Under the pieces are notes generated by a model. That model did no database searches and was not told the DNA's origin. It saw only the letters and a program-made list of their open reading frames with translations. The translations under genes were made by a program, and so were the position numbers. Shown piece by piece: positions 39,032-48,168 of a DNA stretch of 64,000 nt. The DNA lies in the NCBI GenBank assembly GCA_964472715.1, contig CAYYMT010000001.1, positions 13,321 to 77,320 on the forward strand, written 5' to 3'. Position 1 is the stretch's first letter. Every line of letters begins with the position of its first letter. The DNA comes from an uncultured bacterium. Its GTDB lineage: Bacteria > Fidelibacterota > UBA2242 > JAFGTP01.

Positions 39032-40137
39032 TGTTTCAGCATCTCCTCATATTTTGGATATAAATTGTCCCAGTTATTGTTCCGGACAATAAATTTTCTC
39101 ATTTGTTGACCCGACTGATTGATTAGAGCGGGATTCTCAAGCAGGTATTGCAATTTTTCTTTCCATGCCATAGGATTTTGATAATCACTGACCACCCAAT
39201 TACTTATGATCGTCTCATCCTCCCACTGAAGATGAGCATTGGCAGAGCTTAAAAGCGCGCATTGATTAGCCACGGCTTCCAGAGCGGAATTTGACATCCC
39301 TTCATCCAGCGAGGGTAAGACAAAAATGTGAGCGTCCCGGTATTGTCGCACCAATGCTTCCCGGTTTTTCCAGGTATCAAATATCACTTTTTCCCCAAGA
39401 CCTTTTTCCCTGACCAGGGATTGTAAGTTCGTTTTGCAAGGCCCGTCGCCAATTAGTTTAAATTGGAAATCCTTTTGCAATAATGCCAATGCTTTTATGA
39501 AAACCCCGAGATTTTTTTGTTCCGATAAGCGGCCGGTGTAAAGGAATTTAATTTTACACTGCTGCAAATTGTCACGCGCCGGCATCTCCCGAATCGTAAT
39601 TCCGTTGGGTAATATTTTGATTTTTCCGGAATTAATACCGGTTTGCCCGGCTAAATATGCCAGCCGCCGGGAATTGACATGCACAACAGCGGCATGATTA
39701 CAGACCATCTTAATAAAAGGCCGGGCGAAAAACTGTAACCGATTATACCGGGCGCCTAATTGAAAACCGGGCACATCACCACCGCGGAGGGAGACAATAT
39801 AAGGAACTTTAAATAAAAATTTATACCACATGGCAAGAAAGCCGCCGGGAATAGTGAAAAAGGCCAGGATAATATCCGGCGAAAAAGACCGGTTGACAGG
39901 TCTTAATTTCAAAAATCCCTTAACAATAAATAACAAAAATTCATTGACAGAGCCTTTTGAGGCCGCTTTTCGTCCTGATTGAACAGTCGTCATTTCTTCA
40001 TTTTTCTGATCAACAGGCCCGGTCAGTAAATGAACCTTGTGGTTATGTTGTTTTAATCGCTTGTATAATTCCTTTGTAATAGTTGCAGCGCCGCCGCCAT
40101 TGGGTGGAAACTCGTGATTGATCAATAATATTTTCAT
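39019..40137 (-). CDS. Family-1 (GT4) glycosyltransferase
   Basis: MKILLINHEFPPNGGGAATITKELYKRL is the GT4 N-domain. LPSLDEGMSNSALEAVA is an EX7E-type motif. Confidence 0.75.
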   Translation of the reverse strand: MKILLINHEFPPNGGGAATITKELYKRLKQHNHKVHLLTGPVDQKNEEMTTVQSGRKAASKGSVNEFLLFIVKGFLKLRPVNRSFSPDIILAFFTIPGGFLAMWYKFLFKVPYIVSLRGGDVPGFQLGARYNRLQFFARPFIKMVCNHAAVVHVNSRRLAYLAGQTGINSGKIKILPNGITIREMPARDNLQQCKIKFLYTGRLSEQKNLGVFIKALALLQKDFQFKLIGDGPCKTNLQSLVREKGLGEKVIFDTWKNREALVRQYRDAHIFVLPSLDEGMSNSALEAVANQCALLSSANAHLQWEDETIISNWVVSDYQNPMAWKEKLQYLLENPALINQSGQQMRKFIVRNNNWDNLYPKYEEMLKQCVG

Positions 40138-40167
40138 TCATATGTCCCGGTTATATCTTACTTAAAA

Positions 40168-41241
40168 TCAATAATAAATGGTATTATTGTTCATTAAAAA
40201 ATTATAAGCCTCAGAAACGTCATTGTTTTCCGGAAGACTTTTCTGAAAAATGCCATAGACCTTTGCAGCCTGTGTCTTCATATCCAGTCTAAACAAAGTA
40301 TTTATAAACAATCTGACAATTTCAGGGTTCAATGGATTTTTTTCATACAGCGGCTTTAGCTTGTTCATTACTTGCATTAGGTTGTTATTTTGCAAATCAT
40401 GAATTACCAGTTCATATTCATCAGTGGAAGAACTTCTGTTTCCAGGAGAAACAATGGGGTTATGGAATAAATATTCCCAACCATTTAGTTCGAGAAACAA
40501 TTTAGACTCAGAATAATTATTAAGTAAATCCTGAAGATTATCTGGATTTGTCTTAATCAGGTCCGTTTTCAGATTAAAATTATAATCAATTGCAAAAAAA
40601 TCATAAATTCGTTTCAAAACGCCACTGTTTATTTTACCGCTATCCAGAGAGTTAGGATCGAAGAAATCCTCATAATAAATTTCCAGATAATTATCTTTAA
40701 ATAAATTTTTAAATCTGTTTCTATTTTCTGTAATACTCCTTTTAATAATAGCAAGATCATTAAGTAAACGTTGGTCAATTGGGAGGGTTATTTTATGAGG
40801 TGCATATTTTTCCGTGCTGTGGGATTTCCGGCCTAATTGTTCTTTCCTGATATTTAAAATAGTTGAAATCAACGTTTTGAGACTATTTTTTCTGATCAGG
40901 TGAATTACTTTATTAAATTTACGATTCAGAATGTGCATTTGATCAGGAATGATCGCCAACTGGTCATATTTGATATTCATACCAACAATTTTACAGTTCT
41001 TTTTCTTTTTAAATGTTGTATCAAAAAATTCACTTAACACCTGTTTCTGGCCGGGCGGCGTAATGTTGACGGCTGATTTCTTGACTTTTTTTCTCCAGAA
41101 ATGGAAATAATTATCTTTTTCCATAAAATCCTGCCACAGAAGTAATTCCGGATAAACATGAATTTCAGGATGGCTGGTAAGCAGTGAGGAAAGAAATCCT
41201 GTACCGGATCGCTGAGTGGCAAGTAATATAAATTTTTCCAT
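40168..41241 (-). CDS. Sulfotransferase (Stf0-like PAPS-dependent sulfotransferase domain) with a C-terminal helical extension
   Basis: MEKFILLATQRSGTGFLSSLL resembles the 5'-phosphosulfate-binding loop of Stf0-type sulfotransferases (ATQRSGS). 357 aa. Confidence 0.6.
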   Translation of the reverse strand: MEKFILLATQRSGTGFLSSLLTSHPEIHVYPELLLWQDFMEKDNYFHFWRKKVKKSAVNITPPGQKQVLSEFFDTTFKKKKNCKIVGMNIKYDQLAIIPDQMHILNRKFNKVIHLIRKNSLKTLISTILNIRKEQLGRKSHSTEKYAPHKITLPIDQRLLNDLAIIKRSITENRNRFKNLFKDNYLEIYYEDFFDPNSLDSGKINSGVLKRIYDFFAIDYNFNLKTDLIKTNPDNLQDLLNNYSESKLFLELNGWEYLFHNPIVSPGNRSSSTDEYELVIHDLQNNNLMQVMNKLKPLYEKNPLNPEIVRLFINTLFRLDMKTQAAKVYGIFQKSLPENNDVSEAYNFLMNNNTIYY

Positions 41242-41256
41242 ATTTATTTATTTTTT

Positions 41257-43143
41257 TTATTTTATTATTTGTTCAACCAAATATTCATCACTTTTTTTCG
41301 CCTCAAAAAATCCGCGGGTAATGATTTCACTCAGCAGGCCGACGATAATAAATTGTAATCCCCCGAGCATTGTAAAGATCAGAAATATTAAAAAGGTCTG
41401 TCCGGTTATGCCAATCCCCAACAGCCGGTGTGAGAAAAAAAGGAGCAGGGACAATGTAAACCCGCTGAAGATCGTCATCAGGGCAAATTTTCCAAAAAAC
41501 AACAGCGGATGGGTACGAAAACCGGTATAAAAGCGTAAAGTGATCAGGTCGAGAATCACTCGCCAGACCCGCTCCAGTCCGTATTTTGCTTCCCCGAATT
41601 TCCGGCTGTGATGGGTGACCGGAATTTCCGCTACTTTGATGCCCAGCCAGGCGGCATAGGCGGGAATGAAACGATGCATTTCACCGTAGAGTTTAATGCG
41701 CTTGACAATCGCTTTTTTATAAGCTTTCAGGGAGCAGCCAAAATCATGAATTCGAATGCCTGTGCCTTCAATCAGTTTATTAATGATCCTGTTGGCTATT
41801 TTTGAAGGTATTTTTCGTGTCAATTTCTTGTCCTGCCGGTTTTTGCGCCAGCCGCTGACCAGATCATAGCCTTCACTCATTTTAGCCAGCAATTTGGGAA
41901 TATCCACGGGATCATTTTGCAAGTCCGCATCCATAGTGATCACGATATCGCCGGAAGCATACTTAAATCCGGCAGCAAAGGCCGCGGTCTGTCCGTAATT
42001 GCGGCGAAACTTCAGGGTAACCACATTGTCATTCTGCCGGGACAAACTTTCCAGTATTGTCAGGGAATTATCCGTGCTGCCGTCATCAATAAATATAATT
42101 TCATAGTTTTTTCCCAGTTCCTGCAAAACCGATTTGATTTTATCGAACAGGATGATCAGGGATTCCTCTTCATTGTAAACCGGTATAACGATGGATAATT
42201 CAGTGCTCTTTTGCTTTTCCTGACTATCAAAAGTATCAATAATTTTCATAGGCTGAATTTTTCCGATCACTGCCTGCCGGGACTTTGGGCCGGCCTGTTT
42301 GGTTAAAATCGGAAAAAATTCTTTCCACACATCGATCGAATGGGATACTTTCCCTTCTAAAGTGTAGGTTAGGGCCAGGGTCGCGTGGATGTCATCGGCA
42401 TCGGGTTTGAGTTTCAGACAGTTTTGAAAATCTTCCCGGGCTTTTTGCACTTCATTGAGATTCAAATAGCAAAAACCACGGTGATACAGCGCGTCGACTG
42501 CATTGCCGGAAAGATTAAGAATTTGTGTAAAAGTTTGAATGGCTGTTTCATAATCATTGTCTTGTATGTCAATGATTCCTTTTCGAAAGAGCAGATCCCT
42601 GTTTTTGGTATTTTTGTTAAAATACCGGTGTATCAAAGTTTTGGCTTTATCCAGTTCATTGGATTCGGAATAGAATTCCAGCAGATAGACCAGGGATTCA
42701 TTGTTGTAATTTACAATTTCAGCCGCTTGCAGATAGAAGGATTCAGCCTTGGCGCGGTTATTCTGATCACTGTAAATTTCTGCCAGGTCCCGGCAAATAT
42801 CATATTTTCCCGGCGCCAGGCTGTAGGCTTTTTCCATAGCTGTCAGGCCGTCATCAATTTTTCCCCGGAGATAGAGTGTTTTTCCCATTCCGTAAAGGGC
42901 CTGAAAATGGTTGTCGTCTATATTCATAGCATTGTGAAAATATTTTTCCGCTTCCCGCATCTGACCGATAGCCAGATGCATTTCCCCGATCAATAGATTA
43001 ATATGCAGATCAGCACTATTATGAATATAAACAGACTCCAGCAGGTCGAGAGCGGCCACATACTCCCGGTTGCGGATCTTTTCCTCAATTAAATTTAATT
43101 TTGAATTCAGGGAATTCTGGGGTTTCATAAAATCCTCCGGCAT
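41257..43143 (-). CDS. TPR-repeat protein fused to a polyprenyl-phosphate-type GT2 glycosyltransferase (DPM1/ArnC/GtrB-like) with C-terminal TM helices
   Basis: The N-terminal ~300 aa are TPR repeats. Then SIVIPVYNEEESLIILF...IIFIDDGSTDNS...DADLQN follow, which is the GT2 DXD pattern. The C-terminal hydrophobic helices end in GLLSEIITRG. A GGAGG RBS sits 7 nt before the ATG, and the gene starts only 9 nt after csrA. Confidence 0.75.
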   Translation of the reverse strand: MPEDFMKPQNSLNSKLNLIEEKIRNREYVAALDLLESVYIHNSADLHINLLIGEMHLAIGQMREAEKYFHNAMNIDDNHFQALYGMGKTLYLRGKIDDGLTAMEKAYSLAPGKYDICRDLAEIYSDQNNRAKAESFYLQAAEIVNYNNESLVYLLEFYSESNELDKAKTLIHRYFNKNTKNRDLLFRKGIIDIQDNDYETAIQTFTQILNLSGNAVDALYHRGFCYLNLNEVQKAREDFQNCLKLKPDADDIHATLALTYTLEGKVSHSIDVWKEFFPILTKQAGPKSRQAVIGKIQPMKIIDTFDSQEKQKSTELSIVIPVYNEEESLIILFDKIKSVLQELGKNYEIIFIDDGSTDNSLTILESLSRQNDNVVTLKFRRNYGQTAAFAAGFKYASGDIVITMDADLQNDPVDIPKLLAKMSEGYDLVSGWRKNRQDKKLTRKIPSKIANRIINKLIEGTGIRIHDFGCSLKAYKKAIVKRIKLYGEMHRFIPAYAAWLGIKVAEIPVTHHSRKFGEAKYGLERVWRVILDLITLRFYTGFRTHPLLFFGKFALMTIFSGFTLSLLLFFSHRLLGIGITGQTFLIFLIFTMLGGLQFIIVGLLSEIITRGFFEAKKSDEYLVEQIIK

Positions 43144-43152
43144 TAGCCAGGG

Positions 43153-43383
43153 CTATTTTTTTTTGCTGAAGGATTTTAGTATATCAGCATTCAAGGTGCT
43201 GTTAAAAACGGAAGCGCGATTTTTTGCCTTGATTCGTTCGTATACCTCTTCACGATGCACCGGAACCTCGCGGGGCGCGTTAATTCCGATTTTGGTGTGG
43301 CCGTTACTGCATTCCAAAACTCTGATGACGATGTTGCTTCCAATTCTGATACTCTCTTCGGTTTTTCTGGTTAAAACAAGCAT
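43153..43383 (-). CDS. csrA: Carbon storage regulator CsrA
   Basis: MLVLTRKTEESIRIGSNIVIRVLECSNGHTKIGINAPREVPVHREEVYERIK matches CsrA almost along its full length, including the GxxG RNA-binding region. Confidence 0.9.
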   Translation of the reverse strand: MLVLTRKTEESIRIGSNIVIRVLECSNGHTKIGINAPREVPVHREEVYERIKAKNRASVFNSTLNADILKSFSKKK

Positions 43384-43413
43384 ACTCCCTCCATGGAATA
43401 TTATTAAAATAGT

Positions 43414-43848
43414 TTAAAATTTGTCTAATTTGTGTTCCTCGGACAATTTCGGATCATCCAATATGATCTGTTTGCCATTGCCTGTAAAGGTATTCAATAT
43501 CAATGGCGCTTTGGTATTGGCCACAAAATGTTTTGTTTCTTCGTCAATCCGCAGGATTACAAAAAGGCGTAAATACTTTTGATCCTCAATTTCAAGATTA
43601 CGCATTTCATTTTTTGGAAATGAAATATCGTCAAAAATATTCAGAAGGCTTCCATCCAGAACGATCATGGATATATCCGGCAATTCTGTGGATTGAAACA
43701 ATTTGAAGGGTGGAAAGTCTTCCAGGTTTTTGAATTCAAATTCTGACAAATGTTCAAATCCCGGCAAGCCATATTCAAAATTGAATATTGTCGCACTTCC
43801 GGTTTTTGCTTCTTTAGTCATTACATTGCTCATCTTCATATCTTTCAT
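43414..43848 (-). CDS. fliW: Flagellar assembly factor FliW
   Basis: IFNFEYGLPGFEHLSEFEF...FKLFQSTE...MIVLD follows the FliW pattern. It sits immediately upstream of csrA in the conserved fliW-csrA pair. The true start may be an internal Met near 43821. Confidence 0.75.
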   Translation of the reverse strand: MKDMKMSNVMTKEAKTGSATIFNFEYGLPGFEHLSEFEFKNLEDFPPFKLFQSTELPDISMIVLDGSLLNIFDDISFPKNEMRNLEIEDQKYLRLFVILRIDEETKHFVANTKAPLILNTFTGNGKQIILDDPKLSEEHKLDKF

Positions 43849-43852
43849 TTAG

Positions 43853-44734
43853 TTATCGGAGAAAATTCAATATATTGAGATTGATCGCATTTGAGGTGGA
43901 ATGCAAAGCAGCCTGATAAGCGGTTTCTTCATTCTTGTAATTGGTAATCGCTTCAGCCATATCCGCATCCTCCAGGTTGGATAAATAGGACTTCAGATTC
44001 ACATTGGCGGTGTTCAGACGGTTTTCCGTATTGATGATCTGAATTTTTGACGAACCAATAGCTGAACTGCGTTTGCCGATTTCCGCCGATGAATCATCGA
44101 GCAGGTCAATGGCTTTGGTAATCGCGTCAGTATCACCATTATCCAGAGCATTCTTAAAATTGATCAAATTTTCAAAAGCCTCTGTTTCAATTAATTCCTG
44201 ACCGGTGGTATTAATATCCACATAATAATTATCAGCTATTTTACGGTTCACTTTTTTATCATTACCCGTGTAAGTGATTGAATTGCCATTGTATATAAAA
44301 GCTTTGTCTGTTTTGGATTTTGTGCCGGCAAAGACAGCTTTACCCATGAATGTTGAGTTTGACAAGGAAACAGTATCCTCAATAATATCATTGACCTGAT
44401 CCCGGAAAGTTTCCCAATTGTCGCCATTATTGGATATATCAGCCGCGCGAATGGCGATTTCCTTGGCTGTTACCAGTCCTTCATTGATCTGGTCCAAAGC
44501 AGACAGGGATACATCGATCCAGCCTTTTGCCAGACTAATGCCCTCCAGGTATTGGCTGTTGTTGGAAATAGCATTCCGGAAAGATTCCACTTTCGTGTAA
44601 TCCACAGGATCATCGGAAACTTTTTCCAGTTTTTTCCCGGTGGCAGTCTGATTTTGGTATACCGCCATTTTTTCACGGCTTGAATTAATGTTGGTTAATA
44701 AATTTCTTGATATCATACCTTCTGTTATTCGCAT
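43853..44734 (-). CDS. flgL: Flagellar hook-associated protein 3 (FlgL)
   Basis: MRITEGMISRNLLTNINSSREKM...ATGKKLEKVSDDPV matches the flagellin-N/FlgL N-terminus. The C-terminal ...AINLNILNFLR fits as well. 293 aa. Confidence 0.8.
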   Translation of the reverse strand: MRITEGMISRNLLTNINSSREKMAVYQNQTATGKKLEKVSDDPVDYTKVESFRNAISNNSQYLEGISLAKGWIDVSLSALDQINEGLVTAKEIAIRAADISNNGDNWETFRDQVNDIIEDTVSLSNSTFMGKAVFAGTKSKTDKAFIYNGNSITYTGNDKKVNRKIADNYYVDINTTGQELIETEAFENLINFKNALDNGDTDAITKAIDLLDDSSAEIGKRSSAIGSSKIQIINTENRLNTANVNLKSYLSNLEDADMAEAITNYKNEETAYQAALHSTSNAINLNILNFLR

Positions 44735-44746
44735 AATTACCTCTGA

Positions 44747-46105
44747 TTAGATCAAAGTTAATATTGTATCTACCAGCGTTTGCACCGTACCGATAACTTT
44801 GGCTGAGGCCTGGTAGGCTTGCTGATATTTTGATAAATTGACAAGTTCTTCATCGAGACTGACCCCGGATTCGGAATCCTGCTGGTTCTTGATAGTCATC
44901 ACTATTTTTTCCTGGCTGGACATCAGATCTTCGGATTTTTTTACCTTAGCGCCTACATCCGTCGCAATTCCACTATAATAATTATTTAAAGAAACGCCAT
45001 TCAGGGTGTTCCGGTTTTGGATTTCATTGATCTGCCGGGCAATATTGGAGTTGGCGCTCTCCCCTATTTGATCGGAAGTGGCGACTAAGTAGGGATTTGT
45101 GGCAATCAGATTATTCACGGCAAAATTACCGGCGCTATTAATGTTTTCCTTAAAAAATGGAATTCCGGTGTGGTCTTCCAGGTCATAGCCCTTTTGATGA
45201 ATTTTATTGACTTCATTGGCTAAATTGGTAGCCACCCGGTCCAGCCGGGAACGATAATCCGGAAGATGCTGATTGGATATGGCAAGTAAACTTCCTAATT
45301 CACCGGATTTGAGGTTAATATTCTTATCATTTTTTTTCAATCGGATGTGATAATTACTGGAATTGCCGATATTCTCGGAAACCACTTCCAATTCATTAAC
45401 CTGGTCACCGGATACTAAAATCTGTCCCGCTGCGGCGACAGTGACATCACCGAATTTTCCCGCTGATGTTTGAATCTCAAAATATTCAGACAGGTTACTG
45501 ACCAAGCGGTCCCGTTCATCCATAATAGCATCGGAATTATTAGCTGTGATTTCCTTGTTGATTTCCGCCAGAGCGTGGAGTTTGTTATTTATGTCTTCCA
45601 CATTACCGTTCATATTCGTGGCAATATTTTTTTTCAGGTTGATCAGATCATTGTTGACACGATTAAAGGCTTTTTCCAAGGCAACGGCTTTGTCTACTAC
45701 CACCATTCGGGCCGGTTCACTTTCCGGATCAGAAGCCAAATCTCCCCAGGCGCCCCAAAATTCATTGAGATGCTGCGAAATCCCGCTTGCGCCGGGTTCA
45801 CCAAAAATATCCTCAATCTGGGTAAACATCTGGGAATCCATGGAATATTTTGCCAGATTCGGATTCTGTGTCAAAAATTGTTCATCAATAAAATCATTGC
45901 GCTTTCGTGCCAGTTCTTTACTGATCTGACTGTTGGTAATTGTGCCAAATTTAGCCGTTTGAGAATTCATGTCGGAAAAAGTTGCCAGCCGCCGGGAATA
46001 TCCCGGTGTATTGATATTGGCAATATTTTCAGAGGTGAGTTCCAGCGCGGATTTATTCGACTGAACGCCTCGTTTTGAATGATCTAATATTCCTGAGATT
46101 GACAT
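44747..46105 (-). CDS. flgK: Flagellar hook-associated protein 1 (FlgK)
   Basis: GVQSNKSALELTSENIANINTPGYSRR is the rod/hook N-terminal motif. 452 aa. The C-terminal YQQAYQASAKVIGTVQTLVDTIL is the conserved FlgK C-terminus. Confidence 0.85.
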   Translation of the reverse strand: MSISGILDHSKRGVQSNKSALELTSENIANINTPGYSRRLATFSDMNSQTAKFGTITNSQISKELARKRNDFIDEQFLTQNPNLAKYSMDSQMFTQIEDIFGEPGASGISQHLNEFWGAWGDLASDPESEPARMVVVDKAVALEKAFNRVNNDLINLKKNIATNMNGNVEDINNKLHALAEINKEITANNSDAIMDERDRLVSNLSEYFEIQTSAGKFGDVTVAAAGQILVSGDQVNELEVVSENIGNSSNYHIRLKKNDKNINLKSGELGSLLAISNQHLPDYRSRLDRVATNLANEVNKIHQKGYDLEDHTGIPFFKENINSAGNFAVNNLIATNPYLVATSDQIGESANSNIARQINEIQNRNTLNGVSLNNYYSGIATDVGAKVKKSEDLMSSQEKIVMTIKNQQDSESGVSLDEELVNLSKYQQAYQASAKVIGTVQTLVDTILTLI

Positions 46106-46117
46106 AAATACTCCGAA

Positions 46118-46627
46118 TTAAATTTGCTGATTAACAAATTTTTGATTCACTTCCTTGATATATTTCTTCCCCTTGATACTGTACATATTGTTCTCTTCTT
46201 TTCCCGAATGTAGAAAAATATTGGTCATTTGCCGAATATGATCGATGGAAAAATGCAGCAGGCTTTCATTTTGGCGATTGACGGTCTTGATTTCATTGAG
46301 GATATTTTTCAGATCGTAGTGCAAAACTTCCATTTTTTTCTTTTCCGGTTCCGGACTAAAGCCGACAAAATCCCTAAGCGGTATATTCACGCCCCTGATA
46401 TTTCTCCGCTCGCAAAAATCATTGATAAAATCCACCCGTTCCTGAGCTACGGTAACACTATCATTGATGGTTTTCTTTTCTTTCATGATAAGATCGCGTA
46501 ACTCGTCAACCTTTCCCCGAATCACACAAGATTGTTTATCTTTCAGTAAATTCAAAAGGAGTTTGTATACATCTTTTTCCTTTTCCAGTATATTTATCAT
46601 GGTGATATAATCATTATGAGAGTCCAT
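46118..46627 (-). CDS. flgN: FlgN-family flagellar export chaperone (putative)
   Basis: 169 aa, coiled-coil rich. It occupies the position immediately upstream of flgK, as in the Bacillus flgN-flgK-flgL-fliW-csrA arrangement. Confidence 0.45.
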   Translation of the reverse strand: MDSHNDYITMINILEKEKDVYKLLLNLLKDKQSCVIRGKVDELRDLIMKEKKTINDSVTVAQERVDFINDFCERRNIRGVNIPLRDFVGFSPEPEKKKMEVLHYDLKNILNEIKTVNRQNESLLHFSIDHIRQMTNIFLHSGKEENNMYSIKGKKYIKEVNQKFVNQQI

Positions 46628-47025
46628 TATTTAAACACCTCGCTGTCAAGATTAAAGCCCTGGGTTTTATCCTGGTTTAAACTTTCATTGATTTTTGACA
46701 ATTCTTCGCCAATATCCATATCCCTGTCCTGCAAGGACTGATAAATGATCTTAGCCAGTCCGATACCGCCATTTTTCGCCATGGATTTTCCCATTTCCGA
46801 ACTGAACATCATGGAACTCAAAGATCCTGAAGAACTGTTTTCATCTTTTGGAATTGTCTTTTCCATAGTTTTAATTAGTTTGGTTAAAAATATCGCTTCC
46901 ATTTCCTCGGCCTGAGCCTTTAGTTTTCGTTCCCGTTTTAATTGGGGATCGGCAAAATCTGTCCGATTTTTATGAATTTTGGTGGAATTGATTATATTTT
47001 CTGCTGATTTGTCATTTATTTTCAT
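46627..47025 (-). CDS. flgJ: Flagellar rod-binding protein (FlgJ N-terminal-domain type, no muramidase domain)
   Basis: AEEMEAIFLTKLIKTMEKT and GGIGLAKIIYQSL match the Rod_binding family pattern (FEAmFL..mLKsMR...GGlGLa). It follows flgI directly. Confidence 0.7.
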   Translation of the reverse strand: MKINDKSAENIINSTKIHKNRTDFADPQLKRERKLKAQAEEMEAIFLTKLIKTMEKTIPKDENSSSGSLSSMMFSSEMGKSMAKNGGIGLAKIIYQSLQDRDMDIGEELSKINESLNQDKTQGFNLDSEVFK

Positions 47026-47040
47026 GATTATTCACCTGAT

Positions 47041-48168
47041 TTATATAATTATTAAATCGGCATTTAAGGCACCGGCCTGCTTAATGGATTGAAAAATCGC
47101 GATGACATCCCGGGGCCGGAGTCCCAGTTCATTCAAGGCGGCGGCCAGGTCCTGCACGCTGGATGTTTCACGAACCGCGGCGGTTTGGGCAATATCTTCC
47201 TGGGTGGTGGTTTCAGTTACATATTCCACCACTGTGCGGCCAGTATTGGCAAAAGAAGCTGATGGTTGTGAAATAACCGGACGACGTCGAATGTGAATGG
47301 TCAGTGAACCGTGACTGATCATGATTTCGCTGATCGTGACATCACCGCCGGCAACCACTGTTCCTGTTCTCTCGTTGATCACGACACGGGCTTCCACATC
47401 AGGATCGACCTGCAAAGTTTCGATCTCCGCGATAAACTGCACAGCCTGGTGATTGCTTTGCAGATTAGCCGGAACAAGTATTTCAACAACACCGGCGTTT
47501 AATGTAGTTGCCAGTGTGGTATCGATGTTTGGCAATCCGTTAATGGACTCGGCGATTCGGGTAGCAGTTACAAAATCCGGTTCATTGAGTAAAAATCTGA
47601 TGGGCTGGGAAAAATCAAAGCGATTGTTGGGGTCAATCCGGTTCATCACCGCGCCACCGGGAATTCTGCCGACCTGGGCGTGATTTTTTCGCACCTTTTC
47701 ACCGGCGGCAGTTTCGATATTGAATCCACCGACAGAGATCGGGCCCTGAGCCATAGCGTACTGCTGTCCGTCATCGGCCAATAATGGCGCCATCAATAAT
47801 ATGCCCCCTTCAAGACTGGTGGCATCGCCCAGCGAACTGACTGTAACGTCAAAACGGGAGCCGATACGACCAAAGGCCGGCGCATTTGCTGTCACCATGA
47901 CAGCGGCCACATTTCGTGTCCGCAGGTTTTCACGCGGCACAGTAATACCGAAACGTTCCAACATATTAGTAATGGTTTGAACCGTAAAAACCGATCCGTA
48001 GTTGCGGCTGGCTCTGTCACCGGAACCGTCAAGACCGGTTACCAGTCCGTAGCCGATAAGTGATTTGGATGTGGCATTTTCCATGCTCACAATATCTTTG
48101 ATCCGAACCTGACCGGACAAAGTAAGGTTCATAAATATGACAGTTGATATCAGTATTAATTTCTTCAT
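47041..48168 (-). CDS. flgI: Flagellar P-ring protein FlgI
   Basis: Signal peptide present. LIGYGLVTGLDGSGD is the FlgI hallmark. 375 aa. Confidence 0.9.
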   Translation of the reverse strand: MKKLILISTVIFMNLTLSGQVRIKDIVSMENATSKSLIGYGLVTGLDGSGDRASRNYGSVFTVQTITNMLERFGITVPRENLRTRNVAAVMVTANAPAFGRIGSRFDVTVSSLGDATSLEGGILLMAPLLADDGQQYAMAQGPISVGGFNIETAAGEKVRKNHAQVGRIPGGAVMNRIDPNNRFDFSQPIRFLLNEPDFVTATRIAESINGLPNIDTTLATTLNAGVVEILVPANLQSNHQAVQFIAEIETLQVDPDVEARVVINERTGTVVAGGDVTISEIMISHGSLTIHIRRRPVISQPSASFANTGRTVVEYVTETTTQEDIAQTAAVRETSSVQDLAAALNELGLRPRDVIAIFQSIKQAGALNADLIII

